DNA of 64,000 bases from Raillietiella orientalis (Eukaryota): assembly GCA_036172245.1 (NCBI GenBank), contig JAYWIR010000009.1, positions 3,534,001 to 3,598,000 on the forward strand, given 5' to 3'. Position 1 is the stretch's first letter. Each line of letters begins with the position of its first letter. Made by a program: the position numbers and the translations under genes. The notes below the pieces were generated by a model. That model saw only the letters and a list, made by a program, of their open reading frames with translations, made no database searches and was not told the origin of the DNA. Positions 25,600 to 37,394 of this stretch are shown here, one piece after another.

Positions 25600-27925
25600 A
25601 CTGCCGGAAAGACCTGCGTCCGTGTTCCATCCCCCCTTACAGTGCTTCCGCCTGGAAGGAGGCACCTTTGTGGCGGGAATGCCCCTTTTTCTGGATACCC
25701 AGGTCATGTGGCAGGCGGAAACGACGATGCTGACGCTGCATCTTCCACTTCTGTCTGCCCTCAGGGCAGGCGACGATAGCAGCAAGCCGGCGTCGTGGAA
25801 GTTGTCCTGAAACATCGCAGGAGTCGAGAAACTCTTCGATGTCTGCAGAACAAGCGAGCTGGTGGACAGCGCCACTTCTCATTTCCAGACAACGGGAATC
25901 CTTTGGTAGAGCGACCTCCACCTTGGTTTATCACCCGGTGACGCCGGGACGTTTATTATAAAAAACAATAAACATACAAAGTGTAGGGAGGTCGGCCCTA
26001 CCTCGTCCGCAAATGAAGTGGCCCCCAGTAATAACCGGAAGAAGGATCCTTCCCCTAAAGTGGCAGGAGTCGGCGCTTATGCTGTTGCACTGGGGACTGC
26101 CCTGCAACGCACGCCGCCATCACTGGACACGGGGACGAGTGAATCCAAACTGTGCCACGTGTGGGGAGCGGGAATCCCTCCCGCACCTCCTAATGAACTG
26201 TGTTGCCCCCCGGACTCTTTGGGAACGTTTCGGTACGACCCTAGGGATCGTGGAAGGTAGCCCTCCCAGAGACGTTTTTCGGCTCCTCTTAGTGCGGGAC
26301 ACCCTGCAGCCAGCCGCTGCCGTAGCAGCGCTCAGCTGCATCCGCGGTATTGTGGCGGCTTGGAGTGGACCTGACGAAGCAGAAGATGTTAACGGAAGGG
26401 ATGTCATGGAGTATGCAGCTCGCTTTCTGAGAATAGCAACCCGATGGCCCCACCTGGGAAACACGCAGAAGGACCTCGTCGGCAAGGATGGAAACTCCAC
26501 ACAACGGACAGTGATCCCTTCCCGACCCTCCAAAAAACTATGGTTTTTTGCTTTTTTCGTTTTCCTTTATTTTTATTTCTGTTTTTCCCATACCCCTCCG
26601 CTGACGTGAAGTGTCAAGTCGGTCTGCGCACCGACCACCCGGCAGCTCCCTAGTGCTATTAGCCGCAGCAGGGCTTTGTACCGCAAATACCGAAGGTTTT
26701 TTAATAAACGCCCCGGCTTGACCGGGTGAAAACGTCCGCAAATGCTCAGAATCTGTCGAGTACGCGGCACTGAGACCGGCGAGGTTCGCCTCGGTAGCGG
26801 AGGAATGTGGGAGAGGGGGCAAACAGAAAGAAAAACAAAACGAAAAAGGCAAAAAATTGGGAAGGTTAGAAGAGGGATCACCGGGTGCTCGAGGACGTCC
26901 TCTGCATCCTTCCCAGGGTGCCCGCTAGGTCCATCCGAGTATGCCTCTGGTGGGGCCATCTTGCTGCCGTCCGCAGGAAGCGCAGGGCGAAGCAGGTGGC
27001 GCCGTCCTCCTCTCGTGTAGCTCCAGGCCGCTACAGTCCCACGCGGGCAGCAGCAAGGAGCTGCTGAGGATGCGGCAGGCGAAAGGGCATCGCGCACGAA
27101 GAGGCGTCCCTGGGATTGTCCGTCGGTGCACCAAGGACCGTTGCGTAACGCAACCACAGGGGCCGGAGGGCAACACAGTCTGCTAGCAGGTGCAGGAAGG
27201 ATTCCCGTTCCCCACACCTTAAGCAGTTTGGGTCCACAGCCCCCCGGGTCCAGTGAGAGCGGCGAGCGTTACACGGTCGCCGAGAAGGCCAACACCCTCC
27301 TCGGTGTTCCCTCCGAAGAACTCGTGGTGCCTTCTCCGTCAGCAGACACTTCCGTGTTCCCGCTTCGCTGGAAACCACAGGATGTCCTTCTGCTTCTGCA
27401 CTGCGGTGGGATTCCGGTGCAACCAGCGCAGGCACCTGGTTCCCGGGGGCGCTGCCTCACCGACCTGTTCCAGGTGCGGTGAGGTGAGATCGTTCCCGCA
27501 CCTCCTTCTGGACTGAGGTGCCCTGGAGGACATGTGGCGGTGGCTCTTCTCGGAGCTTCTTCTCGGAGGCGAGGCGGGCTGAAAACGAGCGCCCATCTGT
27601 TGCATCGGCCTCGGCGCCGTGGCGACGGTCCACTACGTGATGGAGTCTCTCTCGCAGCAAAGGGAGACCGCCAGCATGGCAGCCGCCCATACGAGGACGG
27701 CTGCCAAAAGTGCCCTCACCTGACAAAAGAAGTCATAGGAGAGGTCGCCACCATGCACGGCCGCTTCTAGGAAGGAAGGAATGAAACGAAACAAAGACCT
27801 GTCCCTACTCTCCTGTTTTTTTCTTTACTTTATTTATTGTCCCCTCCATGCGTTCCTGCACTTGTATAGAAGCTGGCCTGCATGACGCTGATTTTCCCCA
27901 GTGAGCTTGTTTTTTTTTTTTTTGA
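25600..27925 (+). mobile_element. LINE subfamily D copy hosting two nested B copies (25926-27286 minus; 26016-26732 plus)
   Basis: 25750-25922 and 27295-27925 are contiguous in the D copy at 44421-45400 (minus strand). Degenerate ~10-bp TSD ccaccttggt / cctcctcggt. Confidence 0.8.
25923..27800 (-). repeat. Right arm of 1.88-kb inverted duplication
   Basis: Reverse complement of 20146-22023. Confidence 0.95.
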
Positions 27926-28412
27926 AGGGGGGAAAGGGGGAGGAAGAAGACGCATGTCCAGACATTGAGGGAAGCCGTTCCTCTCTGGCTGGTGCATGGG
28001 AGAGCATCCCCATCGCTGGAGCAAAAGAAAAGAAATGTAGTTCTAGAGCAGACTTGCCAAGAGGGAACGAGAGCTGCTCTTTTTGCTGTGCTTTGCCTTG
28101 TTGTACAGGCTGTTCACGGTTGCCAGTCAGGAGAACCCAGGAACCGCACTCAGGGTCGTCTTTACACGACCGTTGGCTGGAAATTCCTCTTCTTCTCCAA
28201 ACATTTCCACCTTGAAGGACTCCGGAGCTGTGGAATCGCTGTGAAATCTGAATGATGCCACTCCTTTGGAGTTCTCCTACTTTCCCAGCTTTTCCTTCCA
28301 GCTTCCTTTCTTTTCTCCTTTTGGCTCTCCAAGTGCTGAAGAACCGTCCATCCTCCTTTGGGGGCGCACGCGGAACTCTTTGACAGTGTCTGCGCCACCC
28401 GAGGAGGCGTGT

Positions 28413-28451
28413 AGGTGAGGTTAGGTTCAGTTAGGGATTAGGTTATGTTAA
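28413..28451 (+). repeat. Degenerate (TTAGG)n tract inserted in a SINE A copy
   Basis: aggtgaggttaggttcagttagggattaggttatgttaa is absent from the other A copies, which read ggcgtgt|gataactcttcaag. Confidence 0.7.
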
Positions 28452-28987
28452 GATACTCCTCAAGTTAAGGGTCAACCCTGGAGGGACCATCGTATGAATG
28501 TAGGAAGACTCCAGAGGAAGCAGTCCGTTCCTCTTACGCTTTAGAGGAAATCCCAGAGGGAACCTTAATTCTGGTCGTCTCCGAAGGGATAAACCTCTTC
28601 CTTATTCATCTTGAAGGGGTCCGTCCCTCCGGAGGAAGCTGCTCCTCATTTCGTCTCCGAAGGGAACCCTCAAGGGAACCAACCGCTCCTGGTTTCCTCC
28701 TCTGAAGAGAACCTCGAAGGGACTCTTCTCGATTCCTCTGAAGGGCGCTGACCGAAGGGAACAGAGCGCTTCCTACACTCTGGAAAGGGCAATCAAATCC
28801 ATGTTATGCGATAGAGTGTAGCCCCACGGGAAGGAAAGGGTGGCTTCATAGTCACAACCGGATGGGAATCCCTGGAAGGGAACCATCTCCTTGATTCCTG
28901 TAAGAACCCCGGATTGTCCACTTCCAATTCCGGTCAGTCAACAGGGGCATCCAGAGCGTTCTGGCTTCCACCAGTGCCTCACCCGAA

Positions 28988-30035
28988 ATGCCTTCCCCCT
29001 CCGCCCCTTGCTTTTTGTTTGCCCATCTCCATGAAGCATTAGGAAGCGGACAAAGGACATCCCCCGGATCATCCTCTGGGGCAAAGAGAGGTCCCGAGTC
29101 CACCTAAAGGGCTGTGTGCTCCGCGCCGGGACGGTGGCCTAGGGCTTCTGACGCTGGAGCTAATGAAGCTGCAGCTCCTATTTCGGACGCTTGTCCTTGG
29201 GGCAAAGCTCTGGAGCGCCAGCTGGCGCCAACCTGCATGTCTTCTCGTCCAGCAAGCCACCGGCAGCGTTGGACTCGCGTAGTTCCTTGCGCGCCGTCCA
29301 CGCAGTCTCATCCATTGCGGACTGCACCGGCGGCAGGTGGCCACGCTGGCCAGGAAAAACGGATGCATCTCGTGCCGCCCCGCGAACGGTGGTGCCCGGT
29401 CTCAGGGAACCGTTCGCACGTGGGCGGGGATCCAGGAGCCAAGCGCGGAACAGGTGCGACGTTTCCCAGGCGCAACAAAAACTACACGCTCCGGGAGATC
29501 CTGGAAGATCCCGTGGAGAGAGTGCGTGGGCAAGCAGAACCTTCCTCGCCGCCGCTCAATCCTCCCTTAGGGAGCACGTGAGCATCTCCAGCAGCACTGT
29601 GCTTCCCACGTGGCGAGACCGTGGCTGCATGGAGCAACGCCAGAGGAGGCCACGACGACAGGGATGCCATGTATTTTCATGTTCATTTTGATGTTCATGA
29701 GGACAGCGTCAAGGTGGCCCCATCTGGGTGGCCCCATAAAACAGGAACTTGCCGCCATCCTTACAAGGATGCAGAGGACACCATTCAGCACACAGTGATC
29801 CCTTCCCGATCACCCCATCTCCCCCCCTTTTTCAACTGGATGTTTTTTGTTTGACTTGTTTTCCCTTTTGTTTGTTTTCCCTTGTCCTGTGCTGCCGAGG
29901 CGGCCCTGCTGGCCTGCGTGTCAGTTCTCGGCAGGTTCCTTCCCGTATTTATAAGTAACGTGGCAGGATCGAGCGTTCTTCCACAGACGTGTATGTTTAT
30001 TTTTATATCAATAAACTCCCCGGCGTGACCGGGGG
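28988..30035 (+). mobile_element. LINE subfamily B copy with internal deletion, 21-bp TSD
   Basis: TSD tccaccagtgcc(t/g)cacccgaa at 28967-28987 and 30036-30056. IILWGKERSRVHLK / LCAPRRDGGLGLLTL is the L1/Tx1 post-RT motif. Terminal ccccggcgtgaccgggg. Confidence 0.9.
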
Positions 30036-31529
30036 TCCACCAGTGCCGCACCCGAAGAGGCCAACCAGCATGATCTAGCTGGCGGGACTCGGAACCCATC
30101 TCCCGGAGCCGATTGTTCCCTGGGTGGGATTCGAACCCGCAGCGCTTGGCGACACGAGCAAAGACCGCAGCCTCACGGCCGCCAGTGTGCATCCATTCTC
30201 TCACCTCCCGCTGCCGTTCAATCTTTCTGCTAGCATTCGCGGACTTGGGACGGATTCCCAGGGGACAGTTCCCATGCCCAGAGGGGTCCGCCCCCGCGAG
30301 CGTGGAACGAGAGGCGCAAGCAATCGCGTCGTCGTTGCGTGACGCTTCCCGGGAGTGCGAGAGACGCAGGGCGCGGAGATGAGGAGCAGTTCGTCGAACC
30401 CTGGCACTCGTGACGCCTCGAGGTGGGGCCGTGAGCAGTCCTGCCGAGATGGGGGACCCCTCGCCCGACCGTCTCCCAACGCCTTCCGGAAGGATAGTTT
30501 CGCAGCCGGACCCCTCTTCCTCCTCCTTTTCCTGCTCCCCTCTATTCGCTCTCCCCGATCTTCGCCCAGCTTCGGGAGTGCGCCCAGCTTCCCGAGAAGG
30601 AAGTGCGTGCGGATGCTTCCCGGATGACGCTCTCGTGCCAAGCGGGAAGACGCGGCTGCGAACGCGCGCCTTGGGATAGCCGGCAACCTCCACGAGCGAT
30701 TCCACGTTCCTCCTGTCCTGTTCTTCCCCCCCTCCTCCTCTTCCTCCTCCTCCTCATGGTCTCCCGGAACGATAGCCTGCCAAAATCATCCGCCCAATGG
30801 GAGACGGCGCTCCCATTATGGGCTACCGTTCCTCGAAATGATGAAACCGCCAAAATTAGCGTCGCGACATGAGGGTCCCTAAAGCAGAAACGGAAAGCCG
30901 GGATGCTGACACGAGGCGGGAAGGCATTTTATTCTTCCCAAGCTGTCCCCATGAATTGAACCCGACGCCTCCTCCCTGATTCCGCACCGGTTGGCGACGA
31001 AACGAGCTCCCTTCTTTTCGCGGCCCTTCCTCGCTCGCCTCCTCCCTGACGCTTCCAGACTCCTGGTCTCCTCCCTCATTCCTTCGCGGATGTCACGTAA
31101 GGGAATGTCCGTCTGGACAAGCCGGAATTCCCCCTTTCGCGCTGAAGTGGCGTTTCTGACGGCCCGAGAGGCAGCGGCGAAGGCTTTGCCCGGTGGCTGA
31201 CACTTCGGACCTCTGTCCGCTGCGCCAATGAGGTGCCGCCCGGACCACGCGTGCACAGCCTCCTATGCGCCGGGACGACCGACCACGTGGAGCACCTCCT
31301 GAGGATGACCCCGCGGTTTCCAGGCAGCGAGAGACAGGATGCAACTCGGGCCTTCAGTAGGAGTCGGTGCCCCGGAACGGCAGTCCAATGCTCCCTGTCC
31401 CTGGATTAACTCAAGAGGCAGCGCTGGGAGGACCACGACGAAGGGAGGAGCTCGGATTTCGGGAGCCGCCTTTCCCAATTGCATGCAGGGGGTGTGACCT
31501 CGTAGTGGGAGCCACGAAACTGCTAGACC

Positions 31530-32661
31530 GGTGGAAGACGGGCCAGGTGGCCGACGCGGGGCACACAGGACTGCTTCTCTGGACGGGATACCTGGACATC
31601 CCGGCGTCGGCGATGGTGACCTGGCCAGATTTCTGCCACCCCTCAGGTGGCAGCACGGAGAAATAGTTTGGGTGCCCGTGCCAAGCCTTTTTTCCGCAGC
31701 CGTAGGGCCACCAGCGGGAAGAAAAACGGGAGAAAAAAAACAGCAGTGAGCAACCGGCGGTGTGGATGACTTCGTAGGAGGAACAACGAAACTGGTGGGG
31801 GCCGGTGGAGGGCCAGTTGGCTGACGCCCGGTGCCTGCGCTAAAGGGCTGCAAAAGGCTAAGGGTTCCCTGCTAAGGGTTCTCCGCTGAAGGGCTGCTTC
31901 TTTTAGAGGAGAACCCGGACATCCCACCGTCGGGAATGGCGATCCGTCCCCTCGACCTGGACACCACCGTGCTCCCCCCCCTTAGATGGCAGTACGAAGA
32001 AGAAGCCTTGCCTGCCGCTGGTTGCCGCAGGTCGTCCCGCGCGACCGGCGCCGGCATGGCCGGACGAGGAGAGGCACCTCTCAGGACTGCACCAGTCGTG
32101 GGCGACTCCGAACTTCCACGCAGCTGCTACTGGGCTGCTGTGGCGACCTCTGCAGAGCGTGAAAATGTCTCGCGGCTGCCGTACTCCGTCCCAGAGACGC
32201 ACCGGAAGAGACTCTTTGGCACTGCGTCACGCGGGACGGACTTTTGCCCGCTTACTCACTCACCCGATCCAGTGTTGCGTCTGGAAGAGGATCGTGGTGT
32301 CTCCCGGAACACACAGGAGGGGAGCGTCAGTAGGGAGAGAAGACTCGAATCCGCGGTAGCGAGAAATGCAGCAAAATGGCCGTTCACGAAGGGTGGAGCC
32401 AAGGAGGATGCCAACGGCATCTCACGCAAATTGCACAAGACGCAGAGGGTCCTCCATTCCCATGAAGGAAGACTTTGACTCTCTCTTCCCACACATTCCC
32501 TTCCTGTCCTCCCACATAGCCAGCCTCCTGATCGGGGACTTTTTCTCTCCTTCCCCTTGAAATTTCAGAGACGTCCAGCGGATTACCAGCTAGCCGCGTG
32601 ACCTGTTTATTCGCCGTTGTTTGGCAAGCAAACGCCTCGGGGCAACCGGGTGAGAAAAAAA
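31530..32661 (+). mobile_element. L1/Tx1-like LINE 3' relic, subfamily E (includes two diverged copies of one segment, ~31570-31660 and ~31890-32000)
   Basis: LPPLRWQ motif occurs twice, followed by a degenerate zinc finger, an AKWPF motif and the terminal aaacgcctcggggcaaccgggtgagaaaaaaa. Confidence 0.6.
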
Positions 32662-32799
32662 GGAAGGGGCGTAGGCATCGGCGAGGGAGGCAGGGCGTAT
32701 CACTGGAAGGATGCGATCCGGGAAACGACGCAGTGCCGAAGGGACCCCAGGTGGGCCGCACGCGCATGCGGAGGACACAGCCACACGCAGCAACAGCTC
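32274..32799 (+). repeat. 0.5-kb direct duplication, copy 1
   Basis: Matches 35604-36129 at offset 3330. Identical from 32299 except for one substitution near 32785. Confidence 0.95.
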
Positions 32800-33629
32800 A
32801 AACACATCCGATCGACCCCGATCTTGGGCGGCCGCGGCGCGGACCGGGTGTTCCGGAGACGAGCAGCACGCGAACACCAGTCTCGCGCACCCTTAATCGT
32901 CACCGGAAGCACCCGAGTCCTGATCTCGGTTGCGTGATCAGATGGCAGCACGGACCGAGAAGACGCCGCGGAAACAGGGTGATCTGTTGTGGTCTCACTC
33001 GAGATCACGCCCCCGCTCCTATCGGACTTGCTGCCGCAAGACGAGGGACCATTCGTCGTCCTCGATGCCTCCTGCCCCTTTGAGAGCATCCGAAAGGCTT
33101 GGGGGAAATCAGGAAAGCGTGAGGACAGCTAGCGCCTCAGGAAGAAGTTCTTTACGGGAGCGCTCATCTGGATTTTCAAGAGGTCGCTGCTCCATGTCGA
33201 GTGATTCGGGAGGCTGTGCTAAATGATTGGTGACTCCTCGTTCCCATCCGATCACGCTGGGGAGTTCCTTTCGAGGAAGATGAGAAAGGAAGTCGAGAAC
33301 GTGGTTCCCGAAGGAGGACAGCAAAAAGAAGTTCAAGGGGAGAGAAAGTACGGTACGCAGCTACGAACAGAGTTCAGTGGAAGAGGCGTCCAGACAGCTC
33401 CTGCAGTGCCACGCGAGGGCTCTCAAGAACCTCGGTTTTCGATGCCCGAGTTTCGTGGTAACCAAGATATGGACCAAGCTGATGGACAGCACGGAACTGC
33501 GCAGGAAGGGCAACGGCACAACGAAGCCATCAACCTGAAGTTCTCATCGAAAAAAACTCAGCTTTCCGGGAGCAGTCCAATGAAGCTCCTTTCTCCTTAG
33601 GTACTCTCGTGCATGTATGGATGGAAGCA

Positions 33630-33689
33630 TCTCTAAGAGGCAGCAAAGACGGTTCATCAGAGTGGTCCATCTTTGCTGTCTCTTAGAGA
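33630..33689. repeat. 60-nt hairpin (20-bp arms)
   Basis: tctctaagaggcagcaaaga / tctttgctgtctcttagaga with one G-T pair. Confidence 0.85.
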
Positions 33690-35279
33690 CCCATCATGGC
33701 ATCGTAAGGAGAGAAATAGCATCGTAGCTTCCTCTTAGGGATAGCAGAAATGTTCCATGTGGCTCCATGGGAACCCTCGAAATGCTCAGTCCAAAAGACA
33801 GCAAAGATGTTTCATATGCCTTTCATATGGCCCTCATTTTCGAGGGTGAACTTGTCCGCGGAAGGTCACGTGAAAGCCGTGCTGAAAATCCCAGGGGTAG
33901 GCTGTTGCTCTCGTGTAGCTGCATGAGACGCTTGTTAGGTCGTGTGTGCTAAGTAGTTGTGCGTTTGAGAACGGAGGCAGGAGCCTGAGATGCAGGGAAC
34001 GGTGAGGTGCTGGGAGGGCTAAGGAGCCCATGGTTGCCAGCGGAGCGCACCAGGGAACGGAAGCCGCGATCCACTGTCCTCGACGTGTACTGGAAGCACT
34101 CCTCGAGGACAGTGGATTCCCAGCGGGATTAATCTCCTCGAGGACTGTGGTCTCGGTCACCTGAGGGCGCGGAGGAAATGAAGGCTGGGAAGATGTTGGA
34201 GAGACCTTCTCTCAATCGGGTGGGCAGACTTCCTCCCATACTAAACGTGGATACAAGGCTGAGGCGTGTGCCGGGCGCAGAGCACGGGTCTCCTCCAGCT
34301 AAGGTGATCAGCGTTCAGGAATGCAGCACCGTCCTGAACCGCTGAAGCAGATGGTGGTGGTTTCTGGAAAATCCACGTGGACGCACGTTTTCCGCAGCCG
34401 AATCTGAAAGGAAACAAACTGTCCGCATGCTCATGTGGGTCATCCTCCCCATGACTTTCCTATCAGTGAAAATCGAAAACGGCGCACCTCATCCGTCACT
34501 CTGAGGGGTCATGGTGTTCAGGTGGTCGAAGAAGAGGAGGATAAAGACGTTCGGTTTCACACTTGCGGTATCATCCACTGCCCATTGCAATCGGACGTGG
34601 AAACAAACTGCTTTTCAGAATTCATCCTTGGATTCTTTCCCGCAGCCAAGAACAGTGCTCACCGGACCATTCTGTGCTCAAATGGTGTGAGTAAAAGACA
34701 GAATGACTGCTAGTCCTCGTTTAGACGTGGTTTTCTTTCTCCATCGGTGGATTCTCAGCCAGCATTATTTGTGCTCACTTCCGCGAATGCTAAGTACGTT
34801 CTGTACAGTGTCTGCGATGTCAGGGGCCATTCGTCTCCGTCGCACGAACGTCTTTGGATTCTGTTCGCGTTCCGGCCAAGAGTTCACTTGGCCGCGACGG
34901 GCTCGCATGATCGGAAGAGAAGCTGCGAAACCGTTTCGTCTGGCGATTCCGTGCTCTCCCTTATTGCCGTACGAGCTGGTCCAGGGATTCTCTCCAGCTA
35001 AAGCGGAGCTCCAAACCTGCTCACGGCTGGGTCGCTCGCACCACCGCCTCCACGGTAAACCGGTTTATTAATAGTAGTGAATTTGTACTTTTCAAGACGG
35101 TTTGTACGAGATTAAATACAAATTAATAATTGTTCTCGTTTCGGCACGTGAGACAATTAAACCGATAGAGCAGAACGTATTTGCTGCGCTGCGCATCCCA
35201 ACTACAAGAGCCAGGAAATTATTACGGATGGTTTTCTACGAAGAATCAACCTGAATAATGGTTGGTTGCTAAGATACTG

Positions 35280-35545
35280 ATAGTATTCATCTAGCTGTGT
35301 GGAAATTCATCACGAGTTGTTCTTCTCTGTTTAATGTTGCTGAATTTATCTGGAGGATTTACTTGGCCCTCATTACCAGTGATCATCTGATGGCTAACTG
35401 CGTCCGCTTCATTATCTTCCCTACGCATCAGCTTGTATTCATTAGCTTGTGTTCCGTGCACCCAGGAGGAATCCCTTTTGGATCTGTTAGACTTTTTGTA
35501 CAGCTTCTGAAGATAATTGTAAGATCTCCTCCCTTGTAGGGTTCC
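35280..35545 (-). pseudogene. Possible LINE ORF2 linker relic (I/R1/Jockey-type)
   Basis: The minus strand reads RRSYNYLQKLYKKSNRSKRDSSW, resembling the YK..IR..KR.SW motif between the endonuclease and RT domains. Confidence 0.25.
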
Positions 35546-35603
35546 TTCTTCTTCCTGAGAGCGTTTCGCGAATCACCAAGCCTTGCGGATCGAACATTCT
35601 TTG

Positions 35604-36129
35604 GTTGCGTCTGGGGGAGGGTCATGGCGTCTCCCGGAACACACAGGAGGGGAGCGTCAGTAGGGAGAGAAGACTCGAATCCGCGGTAGCGAGAAATGCA
35701 GCAAAATGGCCGTTCACGAAGGGTGGAGCCAAGGAGGATGCCAACGGCATCTCACGCAAATTGCACAAGACGCAGAGGGTCCTCCATTCCCATGAAGGAA
35801 GACTTTGACTCTCTCTTCCCACACATTCCCTTCCTGTCCTCCCACATAGCCAGCCTCCTGATCGGGGACTTTTTCTCTCCTTCCCCTTGAAATTTCAGAG
35901 ACGTCCAGCGGATTACCAGCTAGCCGCGTGACCTGTTTATTCGCCGTTGTTTGGCAAGCAAACGCCTCGGGGCAACCGGGTGAGAAAAAAAGGAAGGGGC
36001 GTAGGCATCGGCGAGGGAGGCAGGGCGTATCACTGGAAGGATGCGATCCGGGAAACGACGCAGTGCCGAAGGGACCCCAGGTGGGCCGCACGCGCATGCG
36101 GAGGACACAGCCACGCGCAGCAACAGCTC
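35604..36129 (+). repeat. 0.5-kb direct duplication, copy 2 (LINE E 3' end plus ~140 bp flank)
   Basis: Matches 32274-32799. Confidence 0.95.
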
Positions 36130-36590
36130 GGACCCACCGTCTCCAGCTCCCCGGGTATTCCCTGCTTTGATTCGCTTGCAGCTCAAGAGCGACACGGGAG
36201 TCGTCCAGCCGCTGCGCAACCCGGGATCGGCTCACGAAGATGGAGAGCGGTTCGCCCAATCGTCCGATGCTTCCGGAACCACGTTGTGTCCGGCTGCTCG
36301 CAATCTCCTCCACGGCGCGTGGCGGAGATTGCGATCAGCTGCAAGCAGAGGAAGGCTTTGCTGGTGCCATTGGCAATCACACGAAGAGCCCTCGCGTGTC
36401 CGACGGGAGCGTCCTGCCTCCACCGTCCATCGCGCTGAGCAGTGGCGAACGCACCGGTGCTCTTGCCAGCACCAGGCACGTGGCAGTGTTGCGGTCCTGC
36501 AAACACTTGCGCACTGCCAGTGCTTGCAGAAGCCCCATCGAATCTTTTTTCTTTCGAAAGGTCACGCAGCCACATCGCGGAGTCTAGGAT

Positions 36591-37215
36591 GGTTATCACC
36601 TGGTGCCGTGGCATGTACCACATAAAGCAATAAAAACACACTGTTGTGGTGGAACCGCTGGCTCTACCACGTGCGATGAACCTGCCGGAGAGCGGCACGA
36701 AGACCGGCGAGGTCTGCTTCGGCAGCATGGGAGAGGGGAAAACAAAAAAAATAAATAAATAAACACACAAAACAGGGGGAGGGGAGGGGGGATTTTACAC
36801 AGAGAGGGAGGGGGGTGACCGAGGAAGGGATCACACAGTACGCTGCCCGGTGTCCTCTGCATCCTGTTGAGGATGCTGGCAAGTTCCGTCCGTGTCTCGC
36901 TCAGGTGGGGCCATCTCGAGCTAGTCCTCATGAAGATCCGCGCCCAGTGGACGACGTACCTGCCATTTCGGCCTCTTCTTCTGGGCCTCTCGCCGCACCA
37001 CGATCCCGCGAAGAGGAGTGCGAGGGACGCGGCTGGCGGCAGTAGTGCGACACCGCGCACGAAGTGGTGTCTGAAAATGACCCTGGGGCCGCGCACCGGG
37101 GACCCTAGGGTCTTTGCGAGGCGATTCTAAAGGGTTCGGAGGGCAGCAGTGCGGAAGGGTATCCTTCCTGCATCTGCCGCACTCCACGCTCCCCCCCCCG
37201 TGTGCAGTAGTGAAG
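36591..37215 (-). mobile_element. LINE subfamily B copy
   Basis: ECGRCRKDTLPHC and IFMRTSSRWPHLSETRTELASILNRMQRTP motifs. B-type 3'UTR with a degenerate end. Confidence 0.8.
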
Positions 37216-37394
37216 ACGCGCTTTGCACAGGATTCCCTCCATGCACCACCAGCAACGCAAACTCCCACCACAAGAGGGTGAGGGCTCCTCTGCTCCAGAA
37301 CGATTGGGATGGTCTGGGATGATAGAAATTATTTTAAGGTTCTGCTGCTTTCCCTGCTTTTCTTCCAGTTTTTTTTTTTTTGTTTGGGGGGGGG

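Larger units (their letters stand above)
28305..30190 (-). mobile_element. SINE-like family A copy split by a LINE B insertion (body and tail 28305-28987; head 30036-30190)
   Basis: Reverse B-box gggattcgaacccg at ~30126-30139. The halves join at a 21-bp duplicated site. Confidence 0.85.

Noticed and set aside
20146..27800. Large inverted repeat as long TIRs of a foldback or DNA transposon
   Set aside because: The arms are nested LINE debris, there is no outer TSD, and I see no transposase in the spacer.
33834..34420. Minus-strand exons after apparent splice acceptors (tttcag, ccctcag)
   Set aside because: No matching donors or recognisable protein, so acceptor-like strings alone are insufficient.
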